Positions 57,380 to 64,000 of a DNA stretch of 64,000 bases are shown one piece after another; the stretch's first letter is position 1, and each line of letters opens with the position of its first letter. The stretch is from Octopus vulgaris (lineage: Eukaryota): assembly GCA_951406725.2 (NCBI GenBank), contig OX597816.1, positions 153,512,001-153,576,000 on the forward strand, read 5' to 3'. The position numbers and the translations under genes are program-made. The notes below the pieces were generated by a model, which was not told where the DNA came from, ran no database searches, and saw only the letters and a program-made list of their open reading frames with translations.

Positions 57380-57419
57380 ATCCAGCATGGCCACAACCTC
57401 AAGGCTGAAACATATAAAA

Positions 57420-57790
57420 GAATAACAGAATATAAATGTGTGCAAAGTACAAGAAATATTAATGCAGTATATGGGGATTGGACAATAAGCGTAAGGCAGT
57501 GTCAATGGTGGTTCCAGAAATCCCGAGCCATAAACTACAGCCTAGAAGACGAGCCTCATCCTGAAAGATCTGTAGAACTCGACAAGGACATCCTGAAAAC
57601 CCTGGTGGAACAAAATATCATCGTAACTGTTGAGGAACTAGCAGAGAAGCTTGGATTTGGTCATTCAACCATTCATTGACACCTGTGTGCTATCGGAAAA
57701 GTCAGCAAATTGGGTCAATGGGTTCCTCACGAACTTTCCGAGTCTAATTGCATGCAGAGAGTGAATGTATGCTTTTCTTTGCTGTCATAT
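57420..57790 (+). mobile_element. Mariner transposase N-terminal fragment (WVPHEL type)
   Basis: RNINAVYG..TISVRQCQWWFQK...SLEDEPH...LGQWVPHELS. Ends just before the Helitron. Confidence 0.82.
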
Positions 57791-57814
57791 CTCACCACTA
57801 CTGCGCTATGTATA

Positions 57815-58450
57815 TCTATATATATAAAACTGTAGTTGTGTGAGTGTCTGTCCCCTTCGATTTAGATTCCTAACTACTCCCACATTTTGCGGTACAGTTT
57901 AACCAAATTCGGGTAGCTTATAGTCGTGATTCATATCGAGCCCGTCTGAATATTAGCGCGCGTCTACGATGAGTCTACGATTTTAAAAATAATTTAACAT
58001 CATTTTTTATTCCATTTTAATGCATAATTTTTCGTGTGTCGATGGCGGCGGAGTTGGCGTCCACGTTCACACCTGCACCTGTGAGGAAGGGAGTGTAAGG
58101 AAATCAACGTCGTAATGCGTTGTCAAGGAGACCAGTGTTCTTTTAGAACAACGACTTCATGGCTTGAAGACACCAAAACAGAAATGGCTAAGAAAGCGTC
58201 TACATGAGTCTACGATTTAAAAAAAAATTTACCATCGTTTTTTTTCCATTTTAATGCATTTTTTCGCTATTATATAAGGGAAGTAACTCTCTAAAAATGT
58301 CTACGATGAGTCAACGATTTTAAAAAAATTTACCATCATATTTTTTCCATTTTTAATGCATTTTTTGCTATTTTTTGGCTATAACTCTCTAAAAATGCTT
58401 ATATAGTTATTTCCCTTACAAACCCGAGCAACGCCGGGCGATACTGCTAG
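57815..58450 (+). mobile_element. Non-autonomous Helitron with internal tandem amplification
   Basis: A^TCTATATATATAAAAC ... cccgagcaacgccggg..CTAG^T. The gtctacgatgagtctacgattttaaaaa unit occurs three times. Confidence 0.88.
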
Positions 58451-58537
58451 TGGGCTTATAAAAGAAAGAAGAGGTGAGAATGTGGGAGGGATGATTGGTG
58501 CTAACAGGGATCGCCCGTATACACATATGTACATCGT

Positions 58538-58900
58538 GGCACTCTGTCAGTTACGATGACGAGGGTTCCAGTTGATCCGATCAACAGAACAGCCTGATCG
58601 TGAAATTAACGTGCAAGTGGCTGAGCACTCCACAGACACGTGTACCCTTAACGTAGTTCTCGGGAAGATTCTGCGTGACACAGAGTGTGAGAAGGCTAGC
58701 CCTTCGAAATACAGGTACAGCAGAAACAGAAAAGAGTGAAAGTTGTGGTGAATGAGTACAGCAGGGTTCGCCACCACCACCACCACCCTCACCGAGCTCG
58801 TGGAGTTTTAAGTGTTTTCACTCAATAAAAACTCACAACGTCTGGTCTTGGAATCGAAACCACGAATCCGCTGCCCTGACCACCGGGCCATTGCGTCTCC
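58538..58900 (-). mobile_element. tRNA-derived SINE sharing its 3' half with 60144-60454
   Basis: Head ggagacgcaatggcccggtggtcagggc..ggtttcgattcc. Tail gagaactacgttaaggg...ggatcaactggaaccctc...gagtgcc. Confidence 0.75.
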
Positions 58901-60143
58901 ACATATGTACATACATTGCACGGACATACACATGCACTCACACATACATAATATACATACATTCACAAACATGTACGCATATATTTATATATATTAATAC
59001 ATGCGCACATACATGTATACGTATGCATATATGCACTCGTGCTTTTATATATGCTTTCATGTATGTAAATGTTATCTCTGTTTATTTGTGAGGAAATGTT
59101 TTTAAAGTAGTCACTTTCTGAAAGCAATTAAACGTTAGCTATGTACGACTTTACAATGTTTGGTAATTAAGTTTTCTTAACAGATAAGAAAGGACGGATA
59201 GAGGAAATGATTTTTTTAAAAATTATGTTGTAAGGTGGAGCGTAGGAAATCATGAGTAGACAAGTTTCCTGTGCGGCTGTCTTTTGACTAGCAAAGCATT
59301 TTCTTTTCATCTTACACTGCTTGACTGACTTAGAATTTGTTCGATTTGAAGTCATTACTAATTGAGATGAAGCCTAAATTCTTCGATTCATTACTGTTAT
59401 CGCTTTTGGTTTCGGTTAGATAGACAGAAAGGACAAATGGACAGACAGAAGACAGACAGACAGACAGACAGACAGAGTAAGAGGAGTTAAAAACTAAAAG
59501 GTAGGAAAATCTGCAATAATGAAGAGAGCTAAGATAATATTAATAAAAGTCGCATAGGAATGTAAAATAGAAGAAAGCAAGAAAGAAAGAAAGAAAGAAA
59601 GAAAGACTTAGTGAGAATTAAATGAACCTAAGATTATTTTTCATTTTCATTAAAATTTCCTTTCAAATGTGTACGAAGTTCAATTTGAAATAAAATAGCT
59701 CTCGAATTACTTCTATCGATGATTATTCCCGTTGTTAGATTAATGGAAGTGTATTTTAGTATATCACAGTATTCAACCAACACGTGTACCCTTTCTGTAC
59801 TCTACTAACAAAATAATGTATGTGTGTGTGTATGATGTTAGCCTTTATCCAATGGACTTCTACTTAGAATGCTTGTATCAACCGGAACCAAGATAGAAGA
59901 CATTCGCGCAGGGCGTCGCACTGTAGGTTCGAATGTGATTGTGAAGTGAACTTTCCAAACATTCGACCATACCTATACCACAAATCAATACTATGTTCTA
60001 TGAGAGTGTTTTTGTTAGTCTGAGACAAATTTTCTAACTCATGTGTATGTATGCTAATATTCATCCCTCGCTTGAATCCTAAATGAATAACAATAGTTCG
60101 ACTGATTTTGATGCCCACTGCTCACTAGTATACCATGTGTGAA

Positions 60144-60454
60144 GGCGCCTGGCTTAGTTAGGGTATTCGGCTTACGATCGTAAAGTCGTCAGTTCGATAC
60201 CCACCGATGCGTTGTATCCTTGAGCAAGACACTTTATTTCACGTTGCTCCATTTCTCTCGGCTGGCAAAATTGAGTTATACATGTAATTCAAAGGACCAG
60301 CCTTATCACATTGTGTAACGCTAAATTTCCCTGAGAACTACGTTAAGGATACGCGTGTTCGTGGAGTGCTCAGCCACTAACGTTAATTTCAAGAGCAAGC
60401 TGTTCTGTTGGTCGGATCAACTGGAAACCTCCTCGTTGTGACCGACGGAGTGCC
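60144..60454 (+). mobile_element. tRNA-derived CORE-type SINE
   Basis: B box agttcgataccc and CORE-like ccttgagcaagacactt. Tail as in 58538-58900. Confidence 0.75.
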
Positions 60455-61645
60455 AGCTATGCCATGTATTGCATAGCTAACATCATAAAGGGAAATGGAC
60501 AGAGACTGTTGTTTGTTGCACTGTACGTGGTGGTTATGGTTGTTAGTACAAAGAGCCGTAAAAGAAGCGCTTAAAGGAAATGTAAAACAAATAAATTCAA
60601 AGATGTAGTATCCGGTGGCATAACAATGCTAATAGTAATTTTAACACTAATTATGTGATCAATTCTTTAGGTAGTGCCTTGTTGCTTTTTTTTTATTTTC
60701 GGTACACAGATGTTCTAACTCTCCATTTCAAGATTATGAGTGCGCATGATGTTGGTATGGGTGTTGGTGTTCGTCAGTGTATCGGTGGTGCTTGTTTTAG
60801 CGATGGTCATTGTATTGTTGATGGTGGTACTACAATTGATCAATGTACTGGTGGTGGTACTGGAATCGGTGATTGTCAATGTGGTGGCGGTGCTAGCGTT
60901 TGTTTTGGTCAGTGCGGAGGGTTAGTTGTAGAAGTAATGATAGTAGTAAATGTGCTGGCAATGGTGCTGATGCTGAGGTTAGCGACGATGTTGTTGGTAT
61001 TGATGGAGCTGATGCTGTCGGTGCTAATAGCGGTGGAAGTGATGAAGCTGGAGGATCTTAACCTAGCTTTTGTAATTGTAAAACCACTGAAGAGCTGGTC
61101 TTTATGAGAAAAATTCATAGAAACGATCTTATATTGACATGTCCACAGGAGGATTCAACAACACAAGCGTATGAAACCCTTGTAGAAAATGCAATGTTAC
61201 ACCCTCCTGCTACATACTTCTGTGAACCACATCACTTTCTATGAACCAGCGGGTCCCTCCTTGTTTGCCTACAAATAGCAAATAAATCTCTTTGAAATCA
61301 TACTCTATCGTTTCAAAACTACAGTTGATAAAATTAGCTTTTAACATTATCTGGTTATGTGACCCATTGCTTCGGTAGTGTGAATCATCACAGGTCTAAT
61401 AAGCCAGTGACTAATTGACGTAAGTAACGCAATTTGAACCAACCACCTCTTGAATGAGTGTCTTGTGCACCATCGAACCAACTATTCATGATTAACTAAA
61501 GGCTGATGATTAATATGTTCTCCGTAAAGTTTCGCAATCAGGTACTTCCGTATTCTATCTCACTACATAGCATTTGGGGAAAGTGTTTTCTACTAAATCC
61601 ACAGGTCGACCACACTCTGGTGCGGCAATGAATGCGTGTATATAC

Positions 61646-61684
<39 letters not shown>

Positions 61685-61797
61685 GTGAATTCACAAAAAA
61701 AAAACAAAAGACGAAGACAGGTGGTGTAGACAACAAAAAGATGTATTAGTATAACGCTCGGAAAGTGAAAAAGTCTTTAACGTTTCGAGCCTACGCT

Positions 61798-61857
<60 letters not shown>

Positions 61858-61901
61858 ATTGAAGAAATGGAGCTGAACGAAGATTGAACAGAAATCGTTT
61901 T

Positions 61902-61992
61902 ATTTCATTCTACACGTGTTTCGAAAGGCACAATTTACCAAAATCCGATTGAATAATGAGACCATATTGTGTCTTTCTCTTCAGGAAGAAAT
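61902..61992 (-). ncRNA. Putative type I hammerhead ribozyme in the PLE terminal repeat
   Basis: atttcttc CTGAAGA gaaagacacaat...attgtgcctttc GAAA cacgtg TA gaatgaaat. Stem III is palindromic. Confidence 0.7.
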
Positions 61993-62670
61993 AGGAAATC
62001 CGTTGGAAAAAACAAAAACAGAACAGAGGCGGAGCAAAACAAATCGAACTAGGCTCCTAAGAGCCCATGGCCAAACTGTTTATCAGTGTATGTTGAGAAC
62101 GGGTGGTGGGTGCGTTGAAGATTTTAACGGGTCAGGCAGCGGTCATTCCTGTGGGTGAGGGCACGGGGTGTGTAGATGTTCTTTGTGACCGAGAGTAAAG
62201 TTCTGACTATTTAAAGAATATTGGATGTATTATATGGGGCGAGACAAAATTTACTTAGAGACATGTGTGTGTTTACTGTTCTATATATGTGTGCTGGCGC
62301 AAGTTGGTAAGAAGCGCTATTTTCTGGTCACTGCTGAGAACTCCGTCAAGGGGTAGAAAACATTTTTTGTGTACGTGTGTGCGTTTGATCGCGTGGCTGT
62401 CAGTTGTTAAACAGCTCTACACAATGGTCACTGCAGTAAAAACCGTCGGGCGGCAGAAAAATATTTTATGTTTTATGTGTGCGTGTGTTCGTCTAATCAT
62501 GCCTTGTCAAAGAAACCCCCGTCGTCAAAAACAAAGCCCCATTCATCTCACAGGAGTAATTCCCCTTGCAGTGGTTAATCATATTTCTCTTAAAGGCTAT
62601 TTCAGGATTTATTACCAAGGGCTATTTTCATATAAGTAGTGTAACCGGGTGCAGGTATTATTTATAAGCG

Positions 62671-63999
62671 TTATTTATAAACAAGATAAGTATAACGCCG
62701 CCAATGGGGGCATCGAAAAGCCGACTGTAAAAGTCCGTTTACCATCCGGTCTCTGGCGAACAATATATGGAAGAGTTCGGAGACACAAAGGTTGCACTTC
62801 CTTCTGCCCCTATCAAATGGGAGGGCCACCGACAAAATTGACCATTCCAGCCTGTAGCTTGAGTTCGTATTCTTCAATCGCCATATTAGCTTGCTGAGTC
62901 TCGTGGTCTGGCGTTTATTCATGTCTCGAAAAGTTGCGTAATGGTTGGAGATTCGTAAAGCCAATCTTGACGATGAGGCCCCTACATAAGCGTAGACATC
63001 TGAGTCCGTGTAAACCTTGCATTGGTAGACGGCGTTTCTGATCTTGGAATTCGCCGACGTGAATCTTATTCTGCTAGGATTAGTTTCTGAAATTAGAACT
63101 GCGTTACTGTCACTATATTTGTTGCGAGAACTGCAGCCGCTTACTACTTTATTTTCCACTACGTCACTATTAACTAACGGAATAACCCCTGATTCTCCAC
63201 TATCTATCAGAGTGCTGTCATTGCTAGTGCCCGTGGTGCTGCTATTGCCGGAAACGATGCTGGGGTTGCTATTGGGACTCTCTACCCTAACGAGCCGAGC
63301 TGCGCTCACCTCACTACTGCCATTGTTAACGTCAACTACAACACCCCTATTTATAACTATACCCCTAGTATATAATCCCTGGTTGGAGCTGAGATTATGA
63401 GTCACTGTACTGGCTCTCATATCATTATTACTACTATTATTATTCCTACTGAGCATTAAACCGGGAGCGGAAGAAGCTGTGCCTCCGGAAAAAGGTGATA
63501 GGGTCTTAGTAAGCAGCCTATTATTATGGGAGGCGATTATCTGGGCGAGGTTTTTAGTGTTGGAGAAAGCTATCCTAACTTTATGCGAGTTAACCGTGGA
63601 GTAATATTTGGAATTTCTGGGGAAGTTATTGGCGATGGCTTGTCAAAACATGAGGGGGAGGTTAGTTCTAATCTGCTTACCAAAGGGAATTACAAACCAT
63701 ATATGCTTATTCCTATCTATGTGATGGGTCGGGACGCCAGCTCTCGCATTCGGGTGGGTGATTCTCGGATGAATAACGGGTTTTGGGTTAGTGTGAGATC
63801 CCCCGGACCGATAATTATCCTTGTTCGCTAAATTAAATGCGGGAGCGACTGCCCCAGCACCCGCCGCGCTCCCGTCACTACTTAAATTGTTTATGTTATT
63901 ATAGACGGCCCTATCCTGATGACCGAATGATGGCATCGGAAGGGCCGGATCAATATAAATTACCTTCTGCCTATAACCGGCCTTGGATAGTGCGGCGTT
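62671..63999 (-). pseudogene. PLE polyprotein C-terminus (post-RT region plus GIY-YIG endonuclease) with one in-frame TGA
   Basis: One frame reads NAALSKAGY...WFVIPFGKQIRTN..F*..NFP...IIASHN...AVYQCKV..YVGASS..LRISNH...LSKLIW..CNLC..E...RCPH. The stop is at 63643-63645. Confidence 0.85.
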
Positions 64000-64000
64000 A

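Larger units (their letters stand above)
61853..64000 (-). mobile_element. Penelope-like retroelement, 3' part (runs off the window)
   Basis: C-terminal GIY-YIG ORF, an ~800-bp 3' region with a hammerhead motif, and a terminus abutting (TA)n. Confidence 0.88.

Noticed and set aside
60655-61107. Gly/Cys/Val-rich ORF as a possible downstream exon
   Set aside because: It is degenerate TGG/TGA low-complexity sequence with no aminopeptidase similarity.
63643-63645. In-frame TGA in the PLE ORF as a possible selenocysteine (known in some Naiad PLEs)
   Set aside because: It is a single TGA at a position with no Cys context, no SECIS was identified, and the domain order is not Naiad-like. CGA>TGA decay is the simpler explanation.

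Overview
AT-rich, microsatellite-dense eukaryotic DNA. The SINE types and repeat landscape suggest an octopus or other cephalopod; this is inference, not verified. The only host gene found is the middle of a + strand M1-family zinc aminopeptidase (aminopeptidase N-like). Six small GT-AG exons (11097-11217, 31072-31226, 33169-33282, 34402-34536, 35224-35289, 46461-46526) splice in frame and carry GAMEN, HExxH...E and the catalytic Tyr. No flanking exons were found inside the window. The rest is intron filled with transposon debris: DD34D mariners, a DD36E Tc1, hAT and MULE-like pieces, Helitrons, RTE, R4/Dong, Tx1 and CR1-like LINEs, tRNA-derived SINEs, and a Penelope-like element (PLE) at the right edge. 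The most striking object is a 411-bp near-perfect palindrome at 43779-44189. It is derived from a PLE terminus and carries a hammerhead-ribozyme motif on each strand, inside the aminopeptidase intron. Other notable features are several foldback stubs sitting in (TA)n tracts, a triplicated non-coding module, and nested inverted TE pairs around the exons.
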